Shown in pieces: positions 12,136-26,917 of a stretch of 64,000 nt of DNA. A model generated the notes under the pieces. It saw only the letters and a program-made list of their open reading frames with translations. It was not told the DNA's origin and ran no database searches. Within the stretch, counting starts at the first letter, position 1. Each line of letters opens with the position of its first letter. The position numbers and the translations under genes are program-made. This DNA comes from Octopus vulgaris (Eukaryota). The DNA is taken from NCBI GenBank assembly GCA_951406725.2, contig OX597831.1, positions 7,130,001 through 7,194,000 of the forward strand. The letters run 5' to 3'.

Positions 12136-14899
12136 CAGTTGGGTGCATTGTTCAAAAGGTACCACATTATGGTCCTAATATGATTCCAGTACCTTAAATT
12201 CAAAGATTGGCTCTCCCAAGCTACAGCACTTAAATACATAAGATTAAATGCAGGAGAATGTATACCTAGCATAATGACTTATACAGGAATTCTCATGTTA
12301 ATACTTCTGATGAGTCGTATGTATGTAGGCTTCTTTATAAAATTTATCACAGATCAAATTATTTTAGAGACTAGCTTGTAGCCTGGGAGATTAATGTGTT
12401 TAGGATTAAATGTCTCATCCATGAACACTGTACAATGCTTGGAAAGGTCTTTTATTTACTTAGACATTTTTTTTTTGCTTGTTTGTTTCCAATAAACTCT
12501 ATTTCACAGATCATATTAAATATTTTAGAAAACATAAATATAATTACTTATAAAATGCTAAAAGTTAAAAAGTAGTTATATTGATTTCATCAATTAATAA
12601 AAATGAAAAGTTTTTTTAATTTTAATAACTACGAAAAAATATTTAATTTATGATTATACAAAATTTTCATGACAATAATATCTTTAAATTACCAAATTTT
12701 ATAAATGATTAAATACACACACACACACACACACACACACATTAGATTCAAAGGTGTAAATTATTTTCAAGTCCAAACAGAATCAAACTGGTCATAGCAG
12801 TTAGTATCTCCATGCGCAACAAAGTTTAAATCTAAACAAAAAGCAGACTAACTTTCTAAAATACAGAAATATAATAATATTAATTTTATGCAATTAGTAA
12901 CAGAACAAATTATAAACTTAAGCCAGTCCAGTGACCTGTTACTCTGATGTTCCATGGCATGCAGCCACTTCTGTACAAACTTCAGCGAAAAAGAAACTCC
13001 ATTTAGCTACAGATGTAATTGTTTTGTTTTTTTTTAACTTAGAAGTAAAATGAAAGCAGCCAATTTTTACCTCTTTTCACTCCAAGAAAACCCCCAGATA
13101 TATTCTCTATAATGGTAACTACTCATATAGTAAAATGTGACCCCTAACTGGAAGCTATCCAACAAAATATTTCAAAAAGCTAAAACACTTAAGAATGGTT
13201 AGAGAAGAAAATTTCGTAGAATTTCACGATGAAAGTCTGCATTGTAACTTACCAAAAGGTCATACTGGTTTCTAAATACCAGATTCAATAAGTGTAACGC
13301 AAAAATTGTATTCCAGATGAGCAACAACAGCAAATAAGTCTACTTTAATTCCTAATTAGAAATATTCATTTCACCAATGTCCTTAAGAAAGGTATAACTA
13401 TCCTACCATAACATTTCTTTCCCTACAATTATAATCCAATGTTTACCAAGGTTCCCTTTCATTATAATACTAAAGGTCATTACATAATTATATTTCTTAT
13501 AACTATATTCATGTAACAGAGCAATTTCCATTCTTTTGAATTCTCTTTATGTGTATCCTTTATTTCATTTATTTTGTTATTCCTCTGCAGATGATCCATA
13601 ATTGCTAGTAAAGAAGCAATTTCACATTTCAAATCTAATACTAACAACTATTAAGAAAAATTATACTACTTAAAGTTAATAAGACCTTTTGTAATCCAAA
13701 ACCATAATCATTTTCATTTTAGCCAACACAAAAATAGTCAACAATTTGGTACACAGCCAGTAATAATCCGTAATAAAAACTTTTTGCCTATCTTTAATGG
13801 TGAGGGTTTTTTTTTTCCAGTTTCCACGTAATACCTTTTTAATTTGACCTCTAAACCCAGCTTCTGAAAGACATTCATTGAATAAAAACTATTTGTGATT
13901 TGAACATCACTTTAGACCAAAAAGCTTTTATTAATAGTAGTTGTTTCTAGTGAAACTTACAGACAGGTAAAATTTATAAGAAATCTTAACCCATCATGTA
14001 GAACAAATCTGATGAAAGTTAGGAAATGCATAGGGGTATATTGGGGTACATTGGCGTAATGGTAACACACTTGTCGTGATAACATGATCTATCTTTTGAA
14101 ATCTGTTGTTACTGAACTCCAGAAAACCTTACATATAGGATGGAATCTTATCATCCGACCCCTCTCCTCCTGAATAGATTTACTATATTGTACGATTCCC
14201 TGTTACTGTATCAAACATTAATATCTCAATCACCTCACAGATCTCTTTTGATCATCTTTAAAGATCTAACGATTTTATATTCTATTATCGATTTCAGCCA
14301 GAGGTTGTGTCCATGCAGGAGCACTGCTGTTAAAATTTCTTTATGTCTATTTTCAAATAAAAACTATGTATAAAGGAGTGTGTGTGTGTGTAGTATAAGC
14401 ATATGTATACATGTATGCATGTGAGTGTGTGTGTGTGCGTGTATATACACACACTTGTATATACATGTATACACACATATGAAACTACATGTGAATATGT
14501 ATGTATATATGCAAACATAAGAAATAGGTTCTTTTAGATAAAGAGGCTCAAATATCCATTTAATTAGTATATTTGGTGATGGTGCAAATGGTGAACTGAT
14601 TTGCTTTGAAAGCAAAGAAAAACAAAATTACTCTAAGACAATTTAGAACAACAAACAAGATTGCTGTCATTCCAAGACCAGCCCCCATCACAGAATCCCA
14701 GCCTTTCCCGGAAGTCTGATATTTGGTACAGTCATTCAGTACATCTAAGACTCGCCAGTCTTGGTAAAATGTCCAAGTAGAACCAGAAATCAATGAAGGC
14801 CATATACCCGAGATAGAAAACAGATGAGTGTTATTTAAAGAGACAATATTTCCAAACGAATTTCAAATTTTATGCATCTTTGAATTAGCAATAATTTCA

Positions 14900-15124
14900 T
14901 TCTTGAGTACAAGGGTGTGCTGGAAGGTTCCTGGTATTGAGGGTATTGCAAAAAACCTGATCGGAGACCCAACCTTTTGAGTTCTCTTACAGGGCTTACT
15001 GAAGGACTGCTGCAATACGTGTGTGAATCTGAGAGGGGAAATATGTTGAATAAAAGCATAATTAACTGATCCTTCTGTATTTTCTTTTACCCAAAGCAAG
15101 GAACTTTTTAGCACCCCCTCGTAT
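14900..15124 (-). mobile_element. mariner-like terminal remnant
   Basis: Minus strand starts tacgagggggtgctaaaaagttcc, a typical TA+CGAGGG mariner end; no transposase seen. Confidence 0.55.
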
Positions 15125-15329
15125 GAAGTAACGAGTCTATATATAGATTGGAATATGAGAAGTTTTGACAATCATGTTTTCCTGAAAGCAATAAAAATAT
15201 AAATGATACTGGTGCACGTAGCAACAGAACCTAAATATTTTCTAGTCGATTATAATGTTTGTTATGATAATAGTCCTTTCTACTAAAGGCATAAGGCCTG
15301 AAATTTTGGGGAAGAGGCTAGTTGAAACA

Positions 15330-15628
15330 GTACAGCTCCCATGACTTCAGGAAACATTTTTTCAGGCTGAGAGTTGCTGAAGCATGGAACAAACTGCCGG
15401 CATCAGTTGTTAGTTGTCGGAGCACTGCATCCTTCAAAACTTCCATGCTTCCTGAGATTCCCCAGCACTACACCTGATTTTCTCCCCTCCATACACACAC
15501 AAGCATGTATCTGACTCATACACTGTTCGCTTTCCAGACATTTGTACATTACTACATATGCTTTATACACACTTTTGACAAGTTGTGGTGCACCTGAGCA
15601 CTGTATACAATAATTTCATCATTATTAT
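15330..15628 (+). mobile_element. CR1-like LINE 3' end
   Basis: HDFRKHFFRLRVAEAWNKLPASVVSCRSTASFKTSM; a third copy at about 37900-38180. Confidence 0.8.
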
Positions 15629-18600
15629 ATCAACTCCAATGCTTGATTGCTGCTTAATTTATAGACCCTGAAATGATGGAAGGCAATGTCAACCTCAGCA
15701 GAATTTGAACTCAGAATGTAATGATGGACAAAATGTCCAGCAGGGCTAACAATTCTACCCACTTGCTGCTTTAATAATGATAATAGTACAAGTAATGAAG
15801 CAATCGTTATTTTGACACACGGACACAATATTCGGAGGGTGGGGGGTGCAGTCAATAAGTACAACACAACTTCTTGACTGGGGTTTGTATTCTTATTTTT
15901 TGAATGGCCATTTTGGAAAAGATGAACTTCAAAGTTTTCCTTGGTAGGATCAGAACAAAACACAACCAGTAAAACTAATACCAGAAGGCATCAACTCCAA
16001 TGATCTTTGGAGGACGAGGAGGGTGTAGAAAGAAAGGAAGAAGAAAAAAAGAAAAAGAAAAGATACTATATGATAGAAATTTATGATAAAAGAAGAAAAT
16101 GCAGGTCATGAATTATCGATTCCAAGTGTATTTTTCGAATTTGGCTGAAAGTGAGCAAAATGTTGCTGCTGAAATCATTGATGTTTATTGTCTCATCTGA
16201 GATATTTTTGTGTAAAGTAAAAGTTTAAGAAGCAACAGAGAGCAAACAAGATTGATGTAGGGGGCTGCTACACTCTATTACAACCAAGTTGTGAAAATTG
16301 AATTTAAACTGAAGACTGAGGTGAGAAAGAAAGTTATTGTCGAATGAGGGAAGAATTAGGAATAACATTAAATCAGTTAAAAGATGAAGATGCAATGAAA
16401 CAGGGGTCAAAGTATGAAAGATGGAAAAGATATGAAATCAGTGCCCAAAAATATTTAATATAAGTACCAAAATAATAATAACAATAATCATCTTTTCTAC
16501 TAAAGACACAAGGCCTGAAATTTTGAAGGAGAGGACTTGTTGATTACATTGACCCCAGTATTCAACTGGTACTTATTTTATAGAGCCTGAAAGGATAAGA
16601 CACAAAATCAACCTGACAGAATTTGAACTCAAAACATAAAGATAGCGAAAATGCTGCTAAGCATTTTGTCTGTTGCACTAACGATTCTGCCAGCTTGCTG
16701 CCTTAATACTAATTAATACTAATGATAATTAGTTCCTGATTTAGGCACAAGGCTATCAACCCCAATTCTTGACTGGTGTTTTATTTTAAGGAACCCAAGA
16801 TGAAACGCTGACTTAAATGGATTTGAACTCAGATGATAAAGGAATGTAACTAAATACCACAAAGTAGTTTATTGCTTTACCAATTTTTTCAAGCTTTGGT
16901 AATAATTATAACTTTTCAGAGTATCACAAGGCCACAAAACTGTAGAAAAGGGTACAGTTAACAAATTGATTTGTGTAACTTGTACTTAACAGCAGAATAA
17001 TGAAAATGTAGAGTAAAATCAAGCTGGGTTTGAACCTCCAATTCCTGTCAATTCATTATTGATAATGATGATTTCATAAATTGACATAATTACAGACTAG
17101 CAAGGAAGGAGCAGAGCTGAATGAATTAAACCCAGCACCTGTCCAACACATAACATCAACCCCAAAGCCAACGCCGGTAAAATTTAAAATTTCTCATACA
17201 GAAAATTTTACAAGAAATATATTCATGAAATTAATCATAAAAGATATTTATAGATTTTCATATGGAAACTAATGCAGTCTTATGAAAAAAAAAAAAATAT
17301 ATATATATATATACAAAAAATAATCAACATAAAATAAAAAAAGTATATGCATATAAACAATAGTTTGACACACAAAATCAAAAATCAATTTAAATATAAA
17401 CTATTTTATGGTTAAACTTTTAGCAATATAATTTCTTATACATTCATCTATTTTTATATATAGCTACAGAGATAAGTTTGCATTTGAGGCTTACTTATGA
17501 TATAATAATACAAAATTAGCAAAATAACTAATTTTACTGAACCTATTTAGCATGTGGAAATAAATAAAACGAGTATCGTAAAAATTATTTACAATTATAA
17601 TATCGGTCAGGTGACCTTCTTAGAAAATTTCTGCTAAACTTTTGACAATGCCATCTGATGCTATTTATTGCAACAAAGACAAAATTACTCAGGTTAACAT
17701 ACCAGATAGAATTCTTTCAAGGCCATTTTTGTTCTATAAATCAATAATATTTCACTGCAATAACAAGACCAATATTTCTATAAATCTCCTGAAACACTTT
17801 GAATTCCTTTCAAATTTGTTGAATTCGTTTCATATCTAATTTGCAACGAATTCATTTGTGCAATTTGCTCTTCATGTGTGTTTTAAAAGGTTTAGTGGTG
17901 CAGTTCATAGCCTAAGCAGCAATGTTATGAACAATACACAATGATGATGAAGACTATATCAGGCAGGTTGCCAAAAAATAGTTGCTATTCTTATCCAAAC
18001 ACTAATTCCTGTTTACAATTTCAGTAGACCAACTTGACTGCTGTATATACTTTACACTTTCTAGCTTCTCTTCCATTTTTATACTCTAAATCATAGCAGT
18101 TACTGCCAAAATACTTGATAAATTTTCATACATTTAAAGCTATTTCTTTTCATTCTTAAAACGATGGACTAAGAATGCAGATCTATTTTCTTCCTTGCTT
18201 GTATTGACTGCTGGTCTTCATAAATTTAATTGTTCTTATAATTTATGGATCCTAAAAGGATGAAAGCTTACATTCACTATGATTATTATCTAGCAGCCTA
18301 ATGAGAAGAAAGCTATCAAACGGTAAACAGCAAATGTTGGTTAATAAAACTTCTCAGCTTACACAACAGTAAAAGTAGTTTCGACAAGCAGAGATGCAAC
18401 CTAAAGGTTTTCTTTTACAGTCAGAGAAAAGACCTGACACATCTCAGGCTTTTCATTTCCGTTTTTATTAGACTTACACCAAGAAAATATTAAAAACAAA
18501 TTCTATTTGATGGAATTTTCAGACTATTGGCTTTCCATATGTAATAAATAAAAGTCACATTTAGTTGCCTGTAGCTTTTATAATTCTCAGCTGGGTTATT

Positions 18601-20204
18601 TGCAATTGATGTGTGTGTGTGTGTGTAGACACCAATTTAGAAAAGTTATTCCCGCTAAGCTAGTTCTTACTTTGATTTTACCATTCATAAAAAAAAAAGA
18701 AGTTTTGTTGCCACGGTTCTCCCTTTTCACCTGCACTTTCAGATGCAAAGATAGCTTGCAAACTCTTAATTAAAATACAGCTTATAGAAATATCAGTTAT
18801 AAATTTTTGACGAGCAGAGTAACGGCAATGTGTTCTGAAATGGATTTAAAATTTGATTATGCTCCCTGGAGTCTGCCCGCAAAAATAAATGTAGTGTGAT
18901 TAAATGGAAGGCAGGAGAGGTGATAAAAGTAGCAAGAAACAAGTGAAATAGTGGGAGTTACATAGGACAGACCACAGAAAAAAAAAGGTTTAAAAGTTGT
19001 GATAGAAGATCACATGAAGCTGACAATTTTTCATTTTATTAGAGTGAAGCTGTTTGTGTTCTTTAACCAAGGTGTTTTTTTAAAAACCCTTTGTTTGGTA
19101 AATCAATCTTTATATTTGTATCAACTTTCCAATCAGTCAGTGTCATCTGATTTATAAAAGAGATTTTCAAAAAAGTCATTTTTATCTCATTACACACCAA
19201 TACATTTTGACTAGTGTCTTCAACTTGGTTAAAACATTCTGGTGGCTGATGTCCTCTCCAATCTTCGGAGGTGTCTTCAGCTCTGGTGAGAAGACATGCA
19301 CCCAACACCAGAGCTGAAGACACCTCCGAAAGGATGGGGGGGGGGCCCGCCACGTCAAAATGGTAGAGGAGTAGGGGCCAAAACCGGACGGGGTTCCTCC
19401 TGATGATGTCTTGAGCTAACTGGATCCTATAAAGGAGCTGTTATGGTAGCAGACCACGAAACACGGTTGTAATTCCTCCAAGTACCAGTTGTATTCAGTA
19501 CTGTTCTCAGAATTTTGAACTATTCTCCCACATTTGATATGCAGTTCATGATGGAGAAGGAAATAGGGTGGGGTATTGAATGAAGATTTGGTAAGAAATT
19601 CTGACAATATTGCCAAATACGACAGGCATCTAAAGAATGCTGGAGGGTACAACACCCAAAAAGCGGTAATGATAACAACCAATGTGAGGACATGATTGTG
19701 AGAATATATGAATGCATAATAATGATAACTCCCCATCTCAGAAATTCAGGATTATGATAAATAAATATTTAAGCTGAAAGACTTGTATGAAGCCCACCCT
19801 ACAAAGTAGTGAAAAATTTCCAAGATGTTTAACCAAAGTATGCAAGAAAGAAAAAAAATGGCTATGTTCTTGCAGAACATTGGAAATGAATGATGCTGCT
19901 TATATGACAATCATTTTACAACTGTCATGCAATGCCAAGACAAGGAGACACTATCACAAACACATGCATGCACACACACACACATGATGGGCTTGTACAG
20001 TTTCCATCTACCAGATTCACTCACAAGGCTACTCTACTCTGGGGCTATGGAAGAAGACATGCCCAAGGTGCTGCATGGTGAGACTGAACCTGAAACCATG
20101 AGCTTGCAAAGTAAGCATCTTAACCACACAGCCAAGCCTGCACTTTTATGAAAATATACAAAATATTTACTATATTTCTCAATAATATATATATATATAT
20201 GTGG

Positions 20205-20501
20205 AGGCGCAATGGCCCAGTGGTTAGGGCAGTGGACTCACGCTCGTAGGATTGTGGTTTTGATTCCCATATTGGGCGTTGTGAGTGTTTATTGAGCAAA
20301 AACACCTAAAAGCTCCACGAGGCTCCGGCAGGGGGTGGTGGCAATTTCTGCTGTACTCTTTCGCCACTACTTTCTCCCACTCTTTCTTCTGTTGACCTGC
20401 TCACTTAGCCAGCAGGGTGGCATCATATGAAGGCTAAAACAATGCGAAGCGCATTGTGACCAGCGATGTGTAGCAACATCTGATAGCCTGATCGGTCACG
20501 T

Positions 20502-20503
<2 letters not shown>
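20205..20503 (+). mobile_element. tRNA-derived SINE, same head as 11746 but a different 3' part, inserted in (TA)n
   Basis: Shared head to about 20390, then a distinct tail ending gatcggtcacgtga. Confidence 0.8.
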
Positions 20504-20538
<35 letters not shown>

Positions 20539-20820
20539 ACCGATCAATATATTATATATAGTTGTTATGGCTGGTCAGAGAGTTACCATTGGTTTCATGT
20601 CAATTATTGCTCTTAGCAACGTAGGCCACTCATCAGAACTACTGGCTGGAGTCACATAACCCCTTTACTAATCAACGCAAGAGTACACTCTTTGTCAGTG
20701 AGAAAGAACCCTAAAATAAATCTCTTCAAAGCAAAAAACCTCTTTTGGGCGAGATAGAGTTATTGCCCTTGGAACAGTTCCCGTTGTGTCCAAAACAGAT
20801 CAGTTTATGTACCTCTATAT

Positions 20821-21135
20821 ATCATCATTTAACGTCCGTTTTCCACGCTAGCATGGGTTGGACGGTTCGACCGGGGTCTGGAAGCCATAGAGGCTGCACC
20901 AGGCTCTAGTCTGATTTGGCAGTGTTTCTACAGCTGGATGCCCTTCCTAACACCAACCACTCCATGAGTGTAGTGGGTACTTTTTACGTGCCACCGGCAC
21001 AGGTGCCAGGGGAGTCTGGCAGCGGCCACGATCGGTTGGTGCTTTTTACGTGCCACCGGCACAGAAGCCAGTCAAGGCGGCGCTGGCATTGGCCACATTC
21101 GAATGGTGCTTTTTATGTGCCACCGGCACAGGTAT
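20821..21135 (-). mobile_element. (GAT)n-tailed retroelement, same family
   Basis: High similarity to 10227-10572. Confidence 0.85.
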
Positions 21136-22436
21136 CACAACTACAATTTCCATTTGATATTTATTTTGATGTTGATGTACTTGACTCAATAGGTCTCCTC
21201 AAGCACAGCAGGTCACCCTAAATATCTGAATATATTGTATCCTGAAGGCATGAATGCAGAGCATCTTAAAGTATAAAAAATCTAATAAAAAAAAAATTGT
21301 GGGGTGGGGAACTTTTCTTGTATCAATAAACCTTTCTGAAAAAGAGAAAGACTCTCACATCACAGTACCCTGTCTGAGAAAGAACATATTTCTATATACA
21401 TTTACCAACAGATCCTTATAACATTCATTTCAGCCGGATCCATTAAGCAAATAAATACACACAACTTAATTATCCGGTTATTGCATATATTATTACAACA
21501 AAATAAGGACAAAACTATAAAAAATTGAATTGACACCATACAACAGTAATGAGCTAACACTAAAACACCGACTCACAACACCACAACACTAGAAACAATT
21601 GACACCAGACAACAATAAAATGCCAACAACACCACATATGAAGAAAAAAAAAGACAAAAAACAAAGAAACCAGTGCTCCAAAGAAATCTTTTCAGGTGGA
21701 AATCAGTGTTTGTGATATGAAGAAATATGAAGTGAAGAAAATGTCTTAAAACTAAATTTGAAACTAAGTAAAATAAACAGATGTTCTCTCCAACAGAAAT
21801 AGTTTAGAATGTAAGGAATTGGATATATTCTCTTGTTGGTTTGATATTATAACAATTATTTCATCTCACAGAAAATAGAAATTGGATGGAAAATTCTGAC
21901 TGAAATCTTCAGTATATCTATAGTTAGAGATAAATATGACATCGTTCTTAGACTATGTGATTACTGAAGGAATCAAATACATTTTATAAATGAAACATTC
22001 ATTTCATTTATAAAAAAAACTAAAATCAAAAAATTAAAATCCTATTATTATTAGCAGCAGCAGCCTCATTCAGAGCCTGAGCATGAACCAAGACTAAAGA
22101 AATATGACTAAGTTAAATTCCTCAAAACAATTTTAACATTGTGATTACAAAGGAAACATTATAGAAAGTTGGAAGACAAAGTTTTATTGAACATGAAACT
22201 ATCAGCCAGGGAAGTGCTAGAGACAGAAAATATGAAATACAGAGGGTTTGCAAGGCAAATCGTTCTGCCATGAGAGTCTTGTCAACAAGTTCAGTAAATA
22301 TTTTAACATCAAGGAAGAAGAGCCATCATCTTAGAGGAAGAAAATAGATCAGAAAATATAAATATTTCAACTCAATTTTTTCAAAAATAATTAGAATATA
22401 GTAAACTGTTAGGTATGATATCTATCTATCTATCTA

Positions 22437-22473
<37 letters not shown>

Positions 22474-22574
22474 ATTCAAATTCTGATGAAAGTAAACAAA
22501 GTTTGCTTTAGAAGCGTTGAGATGTATTGAAAGCTACAGAAATAATTTATTCTCAAATGCGTGATAATGCAAAT

Positions 22575-22770
22575 ATATCTATATATATGATAGATCGTTA
22601 GCCACTACACACATTTTTTCTCTCCTTGTTTTTTCTGTGTCCCTTTCTGTAGAAGAGCGTAGGCTCAAAAACATAAAAGACTTTTTCTATTCCTGAGCAT
22701 TATACAAATACATCTGTTTGTTTTGTACACCACCTGTCTTCATCGTTTGTTTTTTTTCGTAAACTCTCCC
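22575..22770 (+). mobile_element. Short (TA)n-associated repeat with degenerate hammerhead-like core
   Basis: Reverse-complement copy at about 37437-37625; core ctgtagaagagc.taggctc(g)aaac. Confidence 0.75.
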
Positions 22771-22932
22771 TATATATATATATATATTAATGTTTTTGCT
22801 TGTATTCAAATAACTTAACAACTTATGAGCAATTTATTTAAGTTTTAAGGCAATTGTTGGATATAACTTGTTGGTTGCAGTCAAGTCAAATCTAGATTAG
22901 ATGAGAAATATATTTATTAATGGAAAAAATGT

Positions 22933-22979
<47 letters not shown>

Positions 22980-25919
22980 CGAATGTAACTATTACTAGCT
23001 GCTTTTGTTTCAATAATTATTATTTATTTTTTGATGATGACAAAATATTTTGGGGTATAACTACATCTCATTCACAATGGTACTTGCATCAGAGAATTGA
23101 TCAGGTGCATAAAACAAGGAAATTATTGTGAATTAAGACAAAGCTTCAAGTTAGTATAAAATTTAACTTTCATTTTAAAATCTGAAGTGAACCAAAACCA
23201 GCAAACAGTTATTAGCCCAAACTAGTTATTAACCAAGCCTTTCGGAGAATATTTTTACCAGATTAAGATTCTAACTAATTAAGCAATTTAACAGAAAACT
23301 GGAAGCAATTAATAAAAACAAGCTGGTGCTACCAGAATTATGCTTCGATAATATGTAGGCTCCTTAACCTTTATGTTACCTTATTTTTGCTGACATGAAA
23401 TTTTCATGGAAGGTTTTAATTTGGTTCACTTTAAAGCAAAAAGTTAGTAACACTGAAGTGGCAAGGGGGCCTCCAAAGAGAACAAAACTAAATATCAAAA
23501 ATATCTTTATGTCTGACTTACCATAAATGTAATACTCCAGTGTTCTAACAAAACATCCACACTAAGATTGCCTCTTAATACATATACTGCTTCTGTTGCT
23601 ATTAATTATTTTTTAATAAACCTGCTCGTTACTTGCAATATCAGTGCTTGAAAAGACACTGAAAGTCTATATACCATAGACAGTAAAATTTGGCTGTTAT
23701 ATTGCCACTGGGCATCTGCACTGAGGAGCCCCAAACAAGGACAAAATCCTGTTCCAGCAGCTTAAAGAAGAGGATTCTCGTCTGTCAATGATATAAATAC
23801 GAGTGCTTTTATGCACCACAAGTCCATATGAGAGGTTCTCTCTCCGTATATAACCACAGTAGGTGGTGTTCTGACAAAACGTCCACATAAAGCTGGACAT
23901 AAAGATTGCTGTCTGCTATTAATACGGCTCCTGTTGCTGTATATTATTTATTAAAAAAATATATTTTCTAAAAAGATTCTTTGCAACAACAGATCACATT
24001 TACTCAAATGCAATGTGAACTCATAATGTCGTCACTAAAAATCAGTCAAATTTTCTTTTCTTTTCCATTCAAGAATGATGCTATCCCCCACAACACCAAT
24101 TCTGATCTTGATGTTCTTATATTAAATTTCTCTCATTGTGCAGCAAACACGAAAAGCTTCCTTTTTCTTCAAAATGCTTCTCAAAGAATATAATAAAACA
24201 GGTTTTACCAACTTCCCAACTACAATCAAAGGTTGCACAAAATTAAGATTTTCAACATTTTCTAATGTTTCAAATAAATTGATCGACCCGTTCACTAAAG
24301 AACAGGTCTTTTCCTAACATAAAGCCGGCAAATACAATTGTTGATGTGATCGAGACTTTAAAGAAATCACCTTATTTTAACGAAGGATTTTTCATTTGAA
24401 CCAACAGAGCATTCATTTATTGGTGCTTTTTAATGATCAGCTGACCAATTTTAAGGTTTTGAAATGCATCAAGATCAAAATGAATGTCTAATTACATCAA
24501 TAAAGTTCCACCTCTAAAGTAAATATGAGTTGTATATCACCAGATATACATTATCGGAGAAAAATAAGACTATTTCTGATAAATAATATTACTAATATTA
24601 TAACAAAAACTGCTCAACTACGAGTGATCAAAGTTTTAAATCTCTATAAACTCTATCATGTTATAATGTTAAAAACATTTTAAATAATTAGAAATTAAGT
24701 GTTAATTGAATCAAAATAGGAATACGCATTTCAAGCATCTTAAAATAGTTTGGGTAACTTTGGGGAAATCTGTTGGAATAATCTATTAGTAGAGGAAATA
24801 AAGAAACACAAATTTTGACAATAAAACTATTCTATAAAATAAAAAATGAACAACAGAGGTACACATCAAAGCAAATAAATACAATTATTGCATAGCATAA
24901 AAAAGGTTACAGAAGAGAAAATAAAACAAATTAAGGAATGAAAAAACAAAATAGAAACAAAAATCTAAAAAAAAGGCTTTTGATTGTTTTTGGCTCCAGA
25001 ATGATAAGAGAAATTTAGTTAAAATTATTATGTCTTAAAAAATAAATTGAACTAAAAAGATTTGAATAAGAAAAAATCCTTTAAAACAAGCTTATTTAGT
25101 GGCATAGATATTTATAAATGTATAAATAATGGAAAATGGAATGAGAAAGTAATGTATATGTGGAATTTAAAAATTCATGAAAAATATTGTAAGATCTCTC
25201 ATGGAATGAAATGTCACTAACCTATTTAAATGCCTTTTATATTTAAAATGATTTTGAAGATCTTTGTAAGTAAAAAATTTGGAAATCAAATCGACTCATA
25301 CATATTGCTTCAAAATGCTTTTGAAAAACAAAGATTTGATTTTTATGATTAAATTGTAAAAATAGGAAATACTTGAAGCTGTCTTTTTCACTGAATGTTA
25401 CACAATTCAGGGAGGAATATAGTTTTAATTCTTTTCTTTCTTAGGAAAAGCAGAAGGTTAAAATGATAAAACTGCTAAGTTATAGGATCTGGTTGAATAT
25501 CATGCTGTGGCAATAAAGTAATAAAGTTAGCACTTTCTGTATCACAAATGGTAATACGAATATGTGCTGAGAGATTTTATGTAAATTATGTCATTTTATT
25601 GTACTTAATGTTGTTTAGCAGAATAGAAAGGCAAAGTGGTTGAGCCTTACTTTGTAAGTTTGTATTTGTCAACAAACATTGGGTTGTATTGTAGATTACA
25701 TTGCAACCAAACTGTGTAAGATATTGGATTCATTCCCAAAACTATGAGGAAAAATAATTTCCCACTGTCAAACAACCAAATTTTCCATCTACTTTATCTA
25801 CTTAGAAGCTTATTTTGTTCTTTTGTAGGTAGAATTATCGAGATTAGGATAATCTTTCCCAATAATATAGTAATATATCTAATATATTTTCATTACGATA
25901 TAACTTGAAATTCACAAAA

Positions 25920-26500
25920 TCCTCTGGTCAAGCTTACTCAGACCCTAACCCTGATTCAGTCAGGCCATCTGACTGCATGTAAAGCATTCAAGAAGTCGAG
26001 CAGGACAACACCTTGTGAAAGTCCATCATAGTTTATCACTAACGAATTCTTGTTTAACTCTCAAGCATAACCAGACGAAATTGATGCATCTGTCTCTCTA
26101 ATGGCATCAGTGATTACAAGAAAAAATTACCGTTAGATATTCAGAACAGCCCATAACAAGCATTGCCTCCAAGTTTTGGTGAGTGTCTCAGAAGTAGACC
26201 TGTACAATAGCATCGGTTCCACCATGGTATGGAAGAAGCTTCCCTAAGGATCATTAAGAAGCATTGACATCCACATGACACTCGGGCCTTCAAGACATGC
26301 CATGCTTTTACAATATAAATTTTTACTCTCTTTTCTCTGGGTGAGATGTTACTTCCTAAATATACAAAGAAATCCACAAGTTTTAGCGGATTTTGCATGA
26401 TTGCGCATATTGAATCTTGCCAATTGTAGCAAATGTATTTAGTAACTGAGGCTTTGACATACAGACCATTATCTGCTGCTGCTTTTTGAAAAGAAACGAT
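25920..26500 (-). mobile_element. Decayed RTE-like LINE fragment
   Basis: LKLVDFFVYLGSNIS...KIYIVKAW (FxYLGS motif) in ORF 26141..26512. Confidence 0.65.
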
Positions 26501-26917
26501 CCACAGAGACAAAAAAAAAAAAAAAAAAAAAAGAAGAGGGAGAGAGGTGATAATTCAGTGGAAAACTTAATTCCTTCATTAGGCTTTACTAAAATAGGTC
26601 TAAATATTACAATCACAGAATAGGTATGTTGACATGCACCTATTTTGTGTTGAACAATATTTCTATAAGAGAGGTGGCATCATTTAAAAAAGAGTAATTT
26701 ATCTAAACAGGATTAATATCTGATTATTAGAAGATAATTATTATATCTCAAATAATTTTTACCATTTAATGTTTTTAAAAATCTCCATTTAAATTTTTGT
26801 GTTAAATAGTAACTAAAGAGAAAAAGTATCCCTAAGTAAATATCAAAAGAATTTAAATAATAGGATTGAAACTATGGAGCAAAAACAATCAACTGAACTC
26901 AACCATAAGCTGTTTAC

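Noticed and set aside
12307-12335. CTGATGAGTC...GGC hammerhead-like start
   Set aside because: Not followed by GAAA
14100-14800. Non-repetitive segments as possible BNIP2/BCH or terminal exons
   Set aside because: Hand translations show no BCH-like motifs and splice signals are weak
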